Position numbers and translations under genes: made by a program. From the human T2T-CHM13v2.0 reference genome, Homo sapiens: a DNA stretch of 64,000 bases. Of this stretch, positions 32,299 through 46,846 are shown piece by piece (positions within the stretch are counted from its first letter, which is position 1; each line of letters begins with the position of its first letter). Below the pieces are notes generated by a model. It searched no databases. It saw only the letters and a list, made by a program, of their open reading frames with translations, and was not told the origin of the DNA. The stretch lies in the NCBI RefSeq assembly GCF_009914755.1, contig NC_060933.1; one strand, 5' to 3'.

Positions 32299-33398
32299 TC
32301 TGAATTTTCTACCATGTGATGTATAACCTATTTTAAATAAAAACATTCTCATTTGGAAAAAAGTAATGAAGCATGCCTAATATTTTTTCAGAATTGTTTT
32401 GTTTTCCATCTTGGCTGCCTCCAAATTTTGCTGACCAAGTGCAAAGCCCAGGTTTCTTAACAAGCCAAGGCTCTACGACCAGGGCACAACAATCCATACC
32501 TTGCTTGAAGGAAACAGCTGGAGGTCAAGAACTCTCACTACTACTGGAAATTCATGTGGCTGAGGGATGGAACAGAAGAGAGCTTTTGGATAAGGATGAA
32601 AGAAAAGGAAAAATGGTTTTGGTGACCCAGGGATCAGGAATGATGCCTCCCTGATACAGGTGGTAACAGAATGGCCAGAGAAGTGAGATGGAGAATTCCA
32701 ACTGCTCAGCCCTCTGCTGGAAGTCACATCCATGAAAAGACAGTTATCTGAAAACCTATTCTTGCTTGGCTTACCATTTCATTGCCGAGAAACTGGAAAC
32801 CTGTCCTGGGCCCAGGAGAACACTGTGCTCCGAATTCCTGGTGACATTTTAAGAACGGGGGATGCTATTCAGCCTGCCCAGTGATCTGGTGCTTCTAGTG
32901 TTGCACGGATGACACACCACAGGATTTCCTCAACTGCGCCCTGGCGTCCTGCTAGGATGTCTTTCTCATTTTTTCCATGGTACACACAGTCATTGCATCA
33001 CAGTCCAAACGGACTGTCCAGCGATGCCTTTGTAAACATGAGTCACATGTGAAGTTAAAGGAATCTGTGTTCAGCCAGGGACAGCAGAGTTCCTAAGGCA
33101 CATCGTCTTCACATAAGGGGTGCAGATTGATAAGGGTCATAGGACTTCCTGCTGAGATGCCCAAGCAGTGCTCCGGGACTCACTTTATGCAGCAGCCACT
33201 GAGGCCTCCATCCATAACACTCTTCTTCATCCCTATGAAGTTCTCCAGCTATCATATCAGAAAACATTACTATTTCCCCATTTTTCACCTTCTTGGGTGT
33301 CTCTCAGTTGGGTCCTGAATGTCACCCCCTGTCCAGCCTTGGTCATCCCAGCCCAAGCACAGGCACAAACCTCTTTCTTGCTTCCCCTTGAAAAATGA

Positions 33399-33856
<458 letters not shown>

Positions 33857-35676
33857 TGTTCTGTTTTCTTTTATGCTTCTCATCACATTTTGACTTGCAT
33901 TGAGTTATCAATGTGTGTGCCCCTTTCAGAAAGATCTTCCTGAAGCCATTTAGGCTGTGACTATTATGTCTAAGCAAGATATGTGAAGGGCTATGTGCCC
34001 CTTACAAAAAAATTGCTTGCTTTTCTGCAGTGAGCAAGAAGGGTGATGTTGTATCTAAAGGTTCTTTGTCAAAGTCCTTCCAGAATTTTTCTTGCTAGCT
34101 TAATAATCAATCAGTAGATAGATAGAAAAGAGATATAGATAGATGTAGAAAGATGTGTCCAGCAGTGTCCCAAATAAGGTATAACTAATCTGTGATTGGA
34201 TATCACTGTGCACTCTAAATTTCTTGCCTATGTGTAACAAGTAAGTCAGGATGTCCCCCCCCACCCACCAACCTCCACACCCAAGAGTCATCTAGTTGTG
34301 TTAGAAGGTCTGCAGGTGGGCAGTGGCTCATGCCTGTAATCCCAGTGCTTTGGGAGGTCGAGGTGGGAGGATTGCTTGAGGCCAGGAGTTTGAGACTAGC
34401 CTGGGTAACATAGTGAGACCCCATCTCTATTTATTTTTAAAGGAAGATCTACAGGTGAAGGGCACATTCTTTTGTTGTCCACCTGTATTGCTGAGTGAGC
34501 TAATTCCAAACCAGCTCTGGGGCCTATGACCTCCATATTTGAGCAGAAGAATTAAAAAGTCTGTAAAATCCCTCATTGAAATTATCAGGAAATAAAGGGA
34601 AGCTAAAACCCTCTTAGTGTCTCATGGTTTTGATTTCATTGCAATCTAGAATTGTATATAGTGCAGTATCAATCATGGGAAGCTGCCCCAGTGTTGTCAG
34701 CCTCTGTGACAGTATTTTATTCTCACACTGTAGGGTAAATGCATTGAGGCAACCTTCATATTTCTCTCAATCCTGCGCAATCTGCAGTAACCAGCTTTCT
34801 TTGATTACCTAGATAGGCTCAGGGGCCTCTCCCTCTGCATTATCTACTAGATTCTCACTTTAACACATTATATACAGTTGTTTAAGTCTGCTACTCCAAC
34901 TGTTAACTGTCTAACATCTTTTCTCATGCTGGGCTCCTGGATAGAATCTAGCACTTACTGAGAGTGTGATGAGTGAGTGAATTAGTTGACATTGGGTTGC
35001 CTTATTGATATGCCCGTCAGGCCAAGTTCCTTGACTTACTAAGGCCAGTGTATTATTTTCCATTACATTTAGTTCAGTGATATTTTAAAAATGTGCATAA
35101 TACTAGCACATATTCAAATGCCAATTCACATGAGGGAATAATTTCCCAACAGTGTTATCTAGCTTCTTCTCAAGTTCCCTGGGTGGAGGTCAGTCTTTGT
35201 AGTTGATGTTGGGTTCCTGACCCAAACACAGCTTGTGCCAGTTATGGAAAGGAAAAAAAAAAAGGGCAGTTTTCCATGGTTTGGATAAAGAGGTGACCGT
35301 GGGAACATGTACAGCTCTGTCTGTAGTTCTGGTAAAGTCACTGAAAACCTAACCCAGCCCGGCTCTCTTTTGTACCCGCAAGGAAATGGGGATAGACAAG
35401 GCCTGTCAAACAAGAGGAAATGGAGCAAAAGGAAATAGACCCATTCTGCAAAGCCATATGGCATATGCAGCAGAGGGAAGTGTTGGTCCCATTCAGGAGG
35501 GAAAATATCTCTTTAGCTATTTATTAGGAAACATTGAAGTAATCTTAAAAACTGTGCTATATAAAGAAAAGATATGAACCCCATCTATTCAATGGAAAAA
35601 TCCAAATGCAGATAAAGGCTTATGAACAGAAATGAGTCATTATAGCACTGCTGATAATTGCCAAAAAATATGTAAC

Positions 35677-35995
<319 letters not shown>

Positions 35996-36529
35996 TGAAA
36001 CAAGCAACTGTATGATTATGAAATAGTATGTCTCACTGATTGTTATATAACTCAAAATTATTTTACGAGGAGATTGTAATCACGTGGGAAAATGCTAGCA
36101 CTAGTGATAATGCTAGTGATTCAACTCCTGTTGAATCACTGCATTATTTTAAGATAGTGGTTCTCAAACTCCAGCATTCAAAGAGTGTAAGACAGAAAGC
36201 TGTATTGCTGGCCTAATTCTGTAAAGAAGAACACATTTATGAGCAAAAATGTGAAAGCAAATGTGCTAAAAGGTTTTTCTAGATAATGCTATGACTAGTG
36301 ATTTTAATTTTCGTTTTTGTATTTTTAAAACTTCTACAACATATATGTGTTATTCCAAAAATCAAAAAGAAACATTAAAAAAATCCATGTAATCAATATC
36401 AAACACAAAACTTTAACTTTGCTCCCAGCAACAAATACATAAAATATTTAGGGGCATATTTTTATATCAAGGTGATTAAAGCACTGACCATGGGAATTTT
36501 ATGACTATCCTATGGGAGGTTCAGCCATG

Positions 36530-37168
36530 GTGCTTAAGATACCCCTAGTGTCCTTCTCATCTCCTTTACACCAGCTCTGCTTGCAATCCTGCTGAGTCCT
36601 AAAATCCCCATGAGTAGGGGTGACTGTGAGCCATGGACGTGCTTAGCAAGACCAATTGGATTCCTTCACCTAGGAGTTTAAACTAGAGAACAGTGGGGAA
36701 GTGAGAAGATACACAAAGAGATGCCAGGTTCAAGGGGCAGCCACAGTAACTTTGACAGAATGCAGTGATCCCCAAAGAAGTGACTCTCTGGTGTCTACAC
36801 TCCTGTGAATTCCCCTTTCATGCTGAGGCTGAGCATGGCCATAGGACTTCGTTTTGCCAGTGTGCCAATGCCTATCAAATATCTACCTGCCATGTTTGTC
36901 ATAGGACAGGCAGATATGTGATAGGCATTGGCATATTGGGGTTGGCCCTCTTGGAAACCTGAAACCACCATGCCCTAAGAAGCCTGAGATGAACAACTTC
37001 ATGGAGAGGGGCCCAGCCAGGCCAGGTTTATCTCAGTCGAACCCAGAGCAGACCTGTAGGAGAATCAACCAGCCAACACATTGCATCATGAGGACGGGAA
37101 AAATCATTGTCATTTTCAGCCACTAAGTTTTAGCAGTGTTTTGTTACCAGCAATGGATAACTGAGGCA
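36530..37168 (+). mobile_element. MLT1-type MaLR LTR sequence hosting the mir-3927 hairpin
   Basis: The 3' end cagccactaagtttt...gttttgttaccagcaatggataactga is typical of MLT1. The 5' boundary is approximate and may include more than one fragment. Confidence 0.6.
36863..36933 (-). ncRNA. MIR3927: microRNA precursor hairpin mir-3927; 3p arm CAGGUAGAUAUUUGAUAGGCAU at 36889-36868
   Basis: 27-bp inverted arms (36863-36889 and 36907-36933) with 2 mismatches and a 17-nt loop region. The sequence matches my recollection of hsa-mir-3927. Confidence 0.88.
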
Positions 37169-38387
37169 GTCCCAATAGGAACTTTGGTTGAATCCCTGTA
37201 TTATTTTAAGATAGTGGTTCTCAAACTCCAGCATTCAAAGAGCTGGGTCAAAATTCAAGTGTCTTTAGGGGAGAGACATTGTTGGCCTCATTTGCCTTTA
37301 TGTCCCAGTTCCTGGAATGGTGTTTATCACATACCTAGACCTGAAGAAATATTTGTAAATAAATGAACAAATGGATCTTGGGAGTTTGTTTAAAATATGC
37401 CCACCTCTGGAGATTTCTAATTTGGTAGGTCTAATTTGGTAGGGCGAGGTCCAGGAAACTGCATCTGAGTGATGCTGAGACAGGTGGCTTGCAGACCACA
37501 TTTTTATCATCAGGGCCTCAAATTATCCTTGCAACCAAAAGAGGCAATTGACCAATCTTCCACCTGGCCGTGCATCAGAATTACCTGAGGAGCTTTTTAA
37601 CGATATTCCTTCCAGATTCTCACCCCTGACCTACCAAATCTGAAAACCTCTGGAGGGGGAGACTCACACTCTACATTATTAAGAAGCTCCTGGGTGCAGC
37701 TGGTGCAGCTGGTCCACAGATTGGAGGGCATTTTTGCTGGCCTAACCAACACAAGTCTCCAAAAGCCATCTGGCAGCCAAACACACTTTTCTCACTCCTG
37801 AGAAGAACACACACCTACTCAGTTAAACATTATCACACTAATCTTTAAAGCTTTTTAAAAGACAGCTTTCATTTTTACGTCAAGAAATGTTTGTTAGGGA
37901 CTCCTAAATCTCAGTGTCTCATCTGTCAAACAAAATTTGGTAACACCTGCTTCCTGAATGCCATGAAGACTACATGAGGTAAGGTGTGTGACCACACATT
38001 GAAACCGGAAACACCAAGCACAGGATTTTTAAGACTTTAATCATAAGTATGACATAAAGGAGATTAAAATTGTTTATCTATTTTTAGGTAATTATTCAGG
38101 GTTCTTTAGGAGGTACCTTGTTCCTCCTTAATCAGGGAGAGACAGGCCTTTGGGACCTCCTACACAAAATGTTTCAGAGAAGGGAAACCGTGGACACATT
38201 TCTTATTCCTGCACATGGTGTTTAAAGCACTGTGTGCTCTGAACCCTGCATTACCTTGTTCTTTCCTTCCCCTGGTCCTTTTCCCTCCCTCCTCCTGCCC
38301 CTAAGTGTCAGCCCTTCCAAAACACTAATGCAGTAGGCTGGTTCACATCTTTGACTAGCCCTGGCTCAAGCTGTGTATTATATCTGA

Positions 38388-38825
<438 letters not shown>

Positions 38826-40031
38826 TAGACATTTATCCTGTTCCCCCCCGGAACACCTGGTTGCACTTACCTAAGTACATAAGCTTTCCTTCCTCACTGA
38901 GTCCAAGCTCTTTGAGGGCAGGGGCTTTTCCTTACTCATCCCCAGGTCTCTAATCCTTAGTGTGCCTAACCCAGAGAATGGACTAGTAAATACTTGTTAA
39001 CTGAGTGTATGAAAGTTAGGGGTTGTCTTTGGTGGGTTTAAACTTCTGAAAAAAGAAAGCTGTTTACTCCTGGACATAGTCATGTGTTTGTCTCTGATCC
39101 TGATTTCCTGATGTTGGCCTTTGTCTTTTTCTGCTTTCTGTGCAGAGACTTATGAAAATCAAACAACATGCAACAAGCTGCTTACTTGATCTTTAGCTAG
39201 TGGGGGTGTCTAGCAGGTTTGGAAGAGTTTGAATATTATATGTAAATATAATATTTGATGTAAATGGCTAATTAAGATATTAATGAGAAATCTCTTTTGA
39301 GGGCCAGTTCTGAATTTTTGTTGCTCCAGCTGGGTGTCCCACATGTACTTCAAGCTTAACAAGCCCCAAGCTAACAGATCAACTCCATCCTACAAGCCTG
39401 CTCCTTATCCATGACTATCCACCCAGTTGTCTGGACTCCAAGCCGCATGTCCCAAGATCTCCCTTTCTCTTGCCAAACAAAGAAATGACGTGTTCTCTCC
39501 ATTCGGCACCCCCCAGTATTTCTCACATCCTTCCCAAGCCCCACTTTCTATTTCAGGACCTTCTTGTCTCTCACTGGGGCTCTTGCAAATAGCCTCCCAA
39601 TTGATCTGCAGACTCCTCTCATTTTTCCCCCCAAATACTGATAACATTTTAATGTTATTAAGGCATGGATTTGAATAAGCTATTCCTCTGCTTGAAAACT
39701 TGCAATGTAGGCTCTCCCCATGGCCTACATACTGGTTGAAGTCCAAACTCCTTAGTCTGTGCCATATTTGAGGGTAACAAATGTATCTAATCAGAGGCCT
39801 TCTCTTGGGAAGTGAGAATGTGAAGAAGAAGTGGCGAGGGGGTTTTCATTCATTCAGGAAATATTGATTAACACTAACTCTATGCCATGTACTACTGTTC
39901 TAGGTTCTGGGAATACAGTGAAGACCTTGACTTTGTGGAGCTTATTGTATGGAGGAGAAGCAAAATAGCGTCATTGATATCTGCTTCTAAGATGACCAGG
40001 TAACTAGAGCTCCATCCTGAAAAATGAGGAG

Positions 40032-40412
40032 TGTGGTAGGTGCGTAGACTGTTTTAATGGCTCAAGTTCTTTGCTCCTCTCTGTAGCCATGTTCTTTGCT
40101 ATGTGACTTTGCAGTTCCTTCCACTGGAGGTAGATGGACTTCCCCCTGCTTGACTTTGGGCTTGGCCTTGTGACTTGCTTTGGCCAATGGGATGTTAGAT
40201 GTGAGGCAATTAGAGGCTTGAAATATGCTTGTGGGGTTAAGCTTATATTTCTGCTTCTGACATAAAAGACTGCCCAGTAAACCATTGGTCCCAGAAGAAT
40301 GAGAAAAAATGTGAAGTAGAACCAAACTGCAAATAACGTTGTTGTTTTAAGACACTAAATTTTTCGGGTGGTTTGTAATGCAGCATTATTGGGGCCAGAG
40401 CTGGCAGATACA
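40032..40412 (+). mobile_element. MLT1 (MaLR) LTR
   Basis: TGTGGTAG start, gtgacttgctttggccaatggga, and ggtttgtaatgcagca...gataca end. Confidence 0.75.
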
Positions 40413-40416
40413 AGAG

Positions 40417-40711
<295 letters not shown>

Positions 40712-40915
40712 ACAAGAAACTTTAATTCCATCCTCCATGAGATCTACCTGCTGTGCCTGCATTGGAGTTGCTGCTCCAGAGGTACTGGGCTACTGCTGAG
40801 CGCAGGGGGGGTCTTATACTTCTCCATACAAGAAACACTATCTTAATCTAGCCATTTACATCATCACCTGAGAAGCCTGAGTTTGTCTTTTCCTTGCAGC
40901 CCGAAAGAGCCCAAC

Positions 40916-41335
40916 TGTGTTAATCCATTTTGTGTTGCTATAAAGGAATACCTGAGACTGGGTAATTTATAAAGAAAAAAGGTTTTTTGGCTCATGGTTC
41001 TGCAGGCTGTACAAGAAACATGATGCCAGCATCTGTTCAGCTTCTGGTGAGGGTCTCAGGAAGGCTTCACTTATGGCAGAAGGGAAGAGGAGACCATGTG
41101 TCACACGGCAAGAGAGGGAGTAAGCAAGAGAAGAGGGGTACCATGCCCTTTTTAGCAACCAGCTCTTAGGTGAACCAATAGAGTGAAAACCCACTCGTTA
41201 CCTTGGAGAAGGCACCAAGCCATTCATGAGGTATCCACTCCCATGACCCAGACATCTCCCACTGGGCCCAACCTCCAACAATCAGGATCAAATTTCAACA
41301 TGAGATTTCAGGGGACACGTATCCAAACTGTATCA
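40916..41335 (-). mobile_element. MST-family (MaLR) solo LTR
   Basis: gttgctataaaggaatacctgagactgggtaatttataaag ... atccaaactgtatca. Confidence 0.85.
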
Positions 41336-43099
41336 CTAATGAAGACAATGTCTGCCCTGTCTATCACAAAGTCCTAGAGGGATGGGTTTGCTCTTGATTA
41401 CTATACCGGCACAGAACCTGCTGGGGTGTCCAGTGCACTCCACTAGCTGTGAAACCAGATGTCACTCCTGTCAAAATTAGTAAATTTAATGAAGCCATCT
41501 GTCCTAGGTCCACTCTTGGAAGATCCCTTTCCATGCAAGAGGCTATTACTAATTCAACTGATAAACCAACCCACTCATTCACTCGTGATGATAGGAAGAT
41601 GGTCTGCCAGACACCGGGATACAAAGGCCAATTAGACATGGCTGATCCATTCCTTATAAAGATCATAGGCTAATAGAAGGGACAGATAAACTATTATAAG
41701 GTGGTGAGATAAAAATTAAAGAAGTACGAGTACGATACTGAGGGAGTGGAGACTAATCCTGTCTGGTGGGTTAGAGAAGCTTTCAAGGACAAGATGATAC
41801 TTGAAATGGGTTTGACAGGCAGGGAGGAGTTGACCAGCTACAGAAAGGGGAGAACATTCTTGGAAGAAGGTGAACAAGCATATACATTTAAGATCCATGG
41901 TGAGGGTGTAAGGGTGTGTGTAGGGGGATGGTGGGAAGTGGTAGAAAATGAGGTGGAAACTCAGGCATAGCCAGGTGTACACAGCTTGTATACTACAACC
42001 AGGAGTCTGGACTTGGTTCCAAGGGCACTGGGGAGCATTGAAGATTGTAAGAAGGGGAGTAACACATTTGTATTTTGCTTATTTAAAAGACCATCGGGCA
42101 ATAATGATTGTGGAGAAGGCAAAGACTCTTGCTAGGTCATTGCACTAATAAAAGGGAACAATGAAGACCACCTGGCAGGCTGGTGGAAAACAAGAGAAGT
42201 GAAGGGATGGGAGAGGTAGACCTGGTTACTGAAGAATGGGAGAGCTCCCAGGTTTCTACTTAAACTACTGGGCAGATGGTGACACCATTCATTTAGGTTA
42301 GGGGACTTGCGAGGTGAGCAGGGATGGAATAGGGGTCCTCTTAGGCCCATGTGGATAGGAGGGAACTGTGGGGCCTCCAAGCATATATTCCGTAGGCAGC
42401 TGAATACTCAGAACTCAGGAGACATAGGTATTCGGGTGTCATAGTGTGTAGATAGTGGTTGAAGCCATGGGTTTGATTTGTTACTTTGCCTGGCCATAGC
42501 TGGTGCTTGCAGAGGCACTGAAAAGTCATCCTCACATGTTGAGGATGATCTTTGGAGCCCCAGAAGAATCCCTAGATGGACCTAAGAGTTATCCTAGGAA
42601 ATCCCAAGCAAGGACCATTTTTATTCACCTTTGTGTGGCCAGAACTCTCCACAGGGCTTGGAAGTTAATACATGCTCAGTTACATTGGATGAATGTGTTG
42701 AGGTTCTCTGATCCTTTGAGGTCCCCCAGGCCTGGGGAACCAACATCATCAGGTCCCAATACCTGGAGGTGATGCTATAAGTTCAAATTATGAATTAACC
42801 AAGTTAAGAATTATTGTAATTCTATACTTCCAGAGATCCTCTAACGGTACCCACTGCTATACCGTCCAAAGCGCCTGTTCAAGGTAGTGGTTATCAAAAA
42901 TGAATGTGAATTAAAATCAGCTGGGGAAATGTCCTACAACTATGGATTCCCAAGCCTCATAGGTATTTGATTTAGGTCTAGTTTGGAGATAGGTATTTTG
43001 ATTTAGTAGGTCTGGGTTGGAGCCCAGGAAGTCTGCTTTTGAAACAAGCTCCTGAAATAGTTCTGATGACCATGTGATGGAAACCATAATTTGGGGAAA

Positions 43100-43565
43100 G
43101 CCTCTGGTGCTGGCTGTTCTCCCTTGCCCATCCAGATGTGCTCTCTACTTCTAGTCACTCTGGCCTGTGCCTGCACAGCTGCCTTCTGTGGCCTGGACCA
43201 TCTGGGCTTCTTTGGCCTCTGGCTGCCATTGGGTTCCATCAGTGGGAGACCCTAGCAGAAGCTGGGTAGGATGAGAGAGAGGGTGGACATTGAGTCTCCT
43301 GGCCACTCCCTGCAGGCTGTGGTTTGGCAATGACTGCATCCATGATGCCTGTCAAGCAGGTCCTCTCTCCTGGCTGCAGCTCTTGCCAAATCCTTCACCA
43401 GCTCCCTTTCTTTTCCCCTGCAGGCCTAGGGGTGGTTACGGCTTCCTGCAGTGGCTGGTCTCTGGGTGCTTCACTATGGTTTCCTTTAACCCTGCTCAGG
43501 TCTCTCTAAGTAATCCCTTCATTACATACTCTCCAGTTACCTCTTTGTTCCCTCTGCTCCTGCCA
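43100..43565. mobile_element. Old ERVL LTR (LTR33/LTR16-like)
   Basis: ccttctgtggcc...ggcttc...ttgggttc...agtggga pattern and an ending tcctgcca; subfamily uncertain. Confidence 0.45.
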
Positions 43566-44590
43566 AGACAGGAAAACAAAAACATTGACTGGAAAGAGTC
43601 AAGAATTCTGGGCTCAGTTCAATTCAATTCAGCAAACATTTACTGAGTGAGGTCCTCTCAGCCAGGCTCTATGCCAGGAGCTGAGGTTACAGAAAAGAAC
43701 TCAGACATGGCACCCACCTCCTGCAGAGTTCACAGCTTCATGGGATGCTAGAGGGCCCCTGGTGTGGCTGCACTGGAGGTGGAGTAGAGGCTGAGATTGT
43801 CATGCCTAGTCCAATGGGAGGCAGAGAGATGCAGAGAACCTTTGGCCATAGGATGCTCCCATTGGACAGGTGCTGATCAGGGTGACCCAGCCTCTAGGTG
43901 ATCTGTGTGGTCTGGGTGCCTCCTGCCATCTCCCAATCACCGTAATTAAGGCTTCCTTCCTTCTAAAGCAGGTTTAATTCACCAGCCTGCCAAGACTCCC
44001 CTGCCTCCATCCAGAGGGGTGTTTGGGAGAAAAGAGGAACACTTGTTGGAGTAATGGGCTTGAGGGCCCTGAGGTTACAACTGAAGTAAAGCTCTGGCTG
44101 GTATGTGTCACAAACCTCCCATTCAGGGCTCATAATTCCACAAACCATCTCCATTGACTTTAAAGAAGGACATGATCTTGAGCAAGTTCCTTCTCTGCCC
44201 TGGGCCACAGTTTCCTCATTCCTCAAACAGGGCTGATAAGGTCAGTGCAGGGAGGCTGACCAGTGCTGTTCATCCAGAAGACTGAGAATAAGAAAAAGCA
44301 TACTTTAAAGGAGTCTGGCAAACTCCTATTCATCCTTCAAAAGCCAACTGAACATTTTACTTCCTCCAGGAAGACTTCCTGGAGCCCCCTAACTTCTCCT
44401 TCTCTTGTATTCATCATAGTCTCCGGTAACATGACCACCAGCCTGCCTAGTCCACTTGACCTCTAGATTCCTCAAACATCTGTCTCTTTCTCTCCAGAAC
44501 CCAGCACTGGGCCTAAGGCATATCAGGGCATCAGAAAATGTGTTATGAACTGAGTCAAAAGGAATTCTTCCTGCAACAGAAGAAGTAGTG

Positions 44591-44878
44591 CAGAGGGTTC
44601 ACGTTACAACTTTCGACTTTACAGTGGTGTGAAAGCAATACACATTCAGCTGAACATCAATAAGAGATACCAATACTTCATTATAAAACAAGCTTTGTGT
44701 TAGATGATTTTGCCCAACCGTAGGCTAATGTAAGTGTTTCAAGCATGTTTAAGGGAGACAGGGCTAAGCTATGATGTTCAGTAGGTTAGGTGTATTAAAT
44801 GTATTTTTGACTTAGTACGTTTTCAACTTATGATGGGTTCGCTGGGATGTAACTGCATCATAGGTCGAGGAGCATCAG
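44591..44878 (-). mobile_element. MER47/Tigger-type DNA transposon
   Basis: gatgattttgcccaac, ctaagctatgatgttc, ttttcaacttatgatgggtt and gtcgaggagcatc. Confidence 0.75.
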
Positions 44879-45267
44879 TAGTAATACCAGTGACCTTATC
44901 AGCCTTGTTTGAAGAATGAGGAAACTGTGGCCCAGGGCAGAGAAGGAACTTCCTCAAGGTCACATAGCCTGTAAATGACATGGTAGCGTTGGGACTTGAA
45001 GCCAAACAAACTTGCTGACTGCAAGGGCTGGACTCCTCATGGTGCAGGGAGGCTGACCCGTGCAGGGAGGCTGACCAGTGCTGTTCAGCCAGGAGATTGA
45101 GAATAAGAGGACACTTTGATGGAGCAAGTGCTCCTTGCCAGGAACTGTTAAGAGCACATTTGCATCAACGCACTTAACCCTGACAGCCTTGTGAGGTATA
45201 TGTGTGAACAATGCCCAGTTTGACAGATTAAGATCCAGAGCCTTGAGATGATTAAGAAATGCATCCA

Positions 45268-45560
45268 AGGGCACGCTGGCTCACGCCTGTAATCCCAGCA
45301 CTTTGGGAGGCCGAGTTGGTAAGGTTCATGAGGTCAGGAGATCGAGACCATCCTGGCTAACACAGTGAAACCCTGTCTCTACTAAAAATACAAAAAATTA
45401 GCCAGGCGTGGTGGTGGGTGCCTGTAGTCGCAGCTACTCAGGAGGCTGAGGCAGGAGAAAGGCATGAACCCAGGAGGTGGAGCTTGCAGTGAGCCGAGAT
45501 GGCGCCACTGCACTCCAGCCTGGGTGATACAGCGAGAGTCTGTCTCAAAAAAAAAAAAAA
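45268..45560 (+). mobile_element. AluY-like
   Basis: Alu consensus; flanking duplication AAGAAATGC(A/C)TCCAAG. Confidence 0.88.
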
Positions 45561-46051
45561 AGAAATGCCTCCAAGATCATACCAAGAAGAGGCAAAACTT
45601 ACCTAGATTTATCTAGAGCCCATGCTCTGCGCCATTGCATTTTCCCCAGGGAACTTGACTCCAATTTCAGATTAGGAAGAAAGACAGCACACAGCTCAGT
45701 GTTGTACTGTACTGTATTTGTAAGAGATTTATAAACAGAAATGTGCCTCTACATCATGGCTCCCCTACCTCCCCAAATAAAAATAAAGAAAGAAAGAAAT
45801 GGAAAGGAAAAAAGAATAGTGCTTCTAGGAGCATCCCGAAGTATATGAATTGAGAGTTTGGAAAATTGACAGCATGACAGAGTAAACTGCAGGCGCCTAG
45901 CGGAACATGCTTGCTGTGCTGGGGATCAGCTGTGTGATCCTTTCCTTCTCTGGGCTTCAACTGTTCCCTCATCTTTCTTTCAGAGCCTTCTTGACAGTGT
46001 TTCCTTTTGGATTGGCAAGTATGTGGGACAGTTTGTGTCAAGCACACAGTC

Positions 46052-46071
46052 TCTTTGCGCCCTCTACTGTT
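46052..46071 (-). promoter_or_regulatory. Candidate CTCF site
   Basis: Minus strand ACAGTAGAGGGCGCA closely matches the CTCF core CCAGYAGRGGGCGC, in a patch with retained CpGs. Confidence 0.5.
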
Positions 46072-46475
46072 CAGTTATAGCACTGTCCGTGGCCTGGTTT
46101 GTTAAATTCACGTACGTTAAGGTAAGGGGATGGTGAGCCACAAAGTGCGTCCACAGAAGGCCACAATGTCACTAAGCAAAAGCCAGTCCTCTTCCATCCT
46201 AGCAAAGACTCGAAAGTCCTGTTGATCCTGCCCACACAATTTCAATTATTTTCTTAAGTGCTTTTTCCTGAGTGCACTTGCACACACGCCCTCTACACCC
46301 ACACCCAGTACCACCTGTTATTAGAGTTATCACATTGTATGGGAATTGCCGGCTGACATGTCTTTTTAAGCACGAGGCCTGGCATTACTCACCTTGATAG
46401 TCTCTCTCTGCCCTGTAGGAGAGTGTGTGACATGTATACCCTCCACTCAAGTGTATGGAATGTAGAGAACAATGA

Positions 46476-46846
<371 letters not shown>

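Noticed and set aside
31796-32319. Hydrophobic F/L/S/P-rich ORFs
   Set aside because: Translation of the CCTT microsatellite and an Alu.
46393-46412. Possible 20-nt minus-strand microexon (CTCCTACAG|...CAAG|GTGAGT)
   Set aside because: Short pyrimidine tract and no other support; such site pairs arise by chance in 64 kb.
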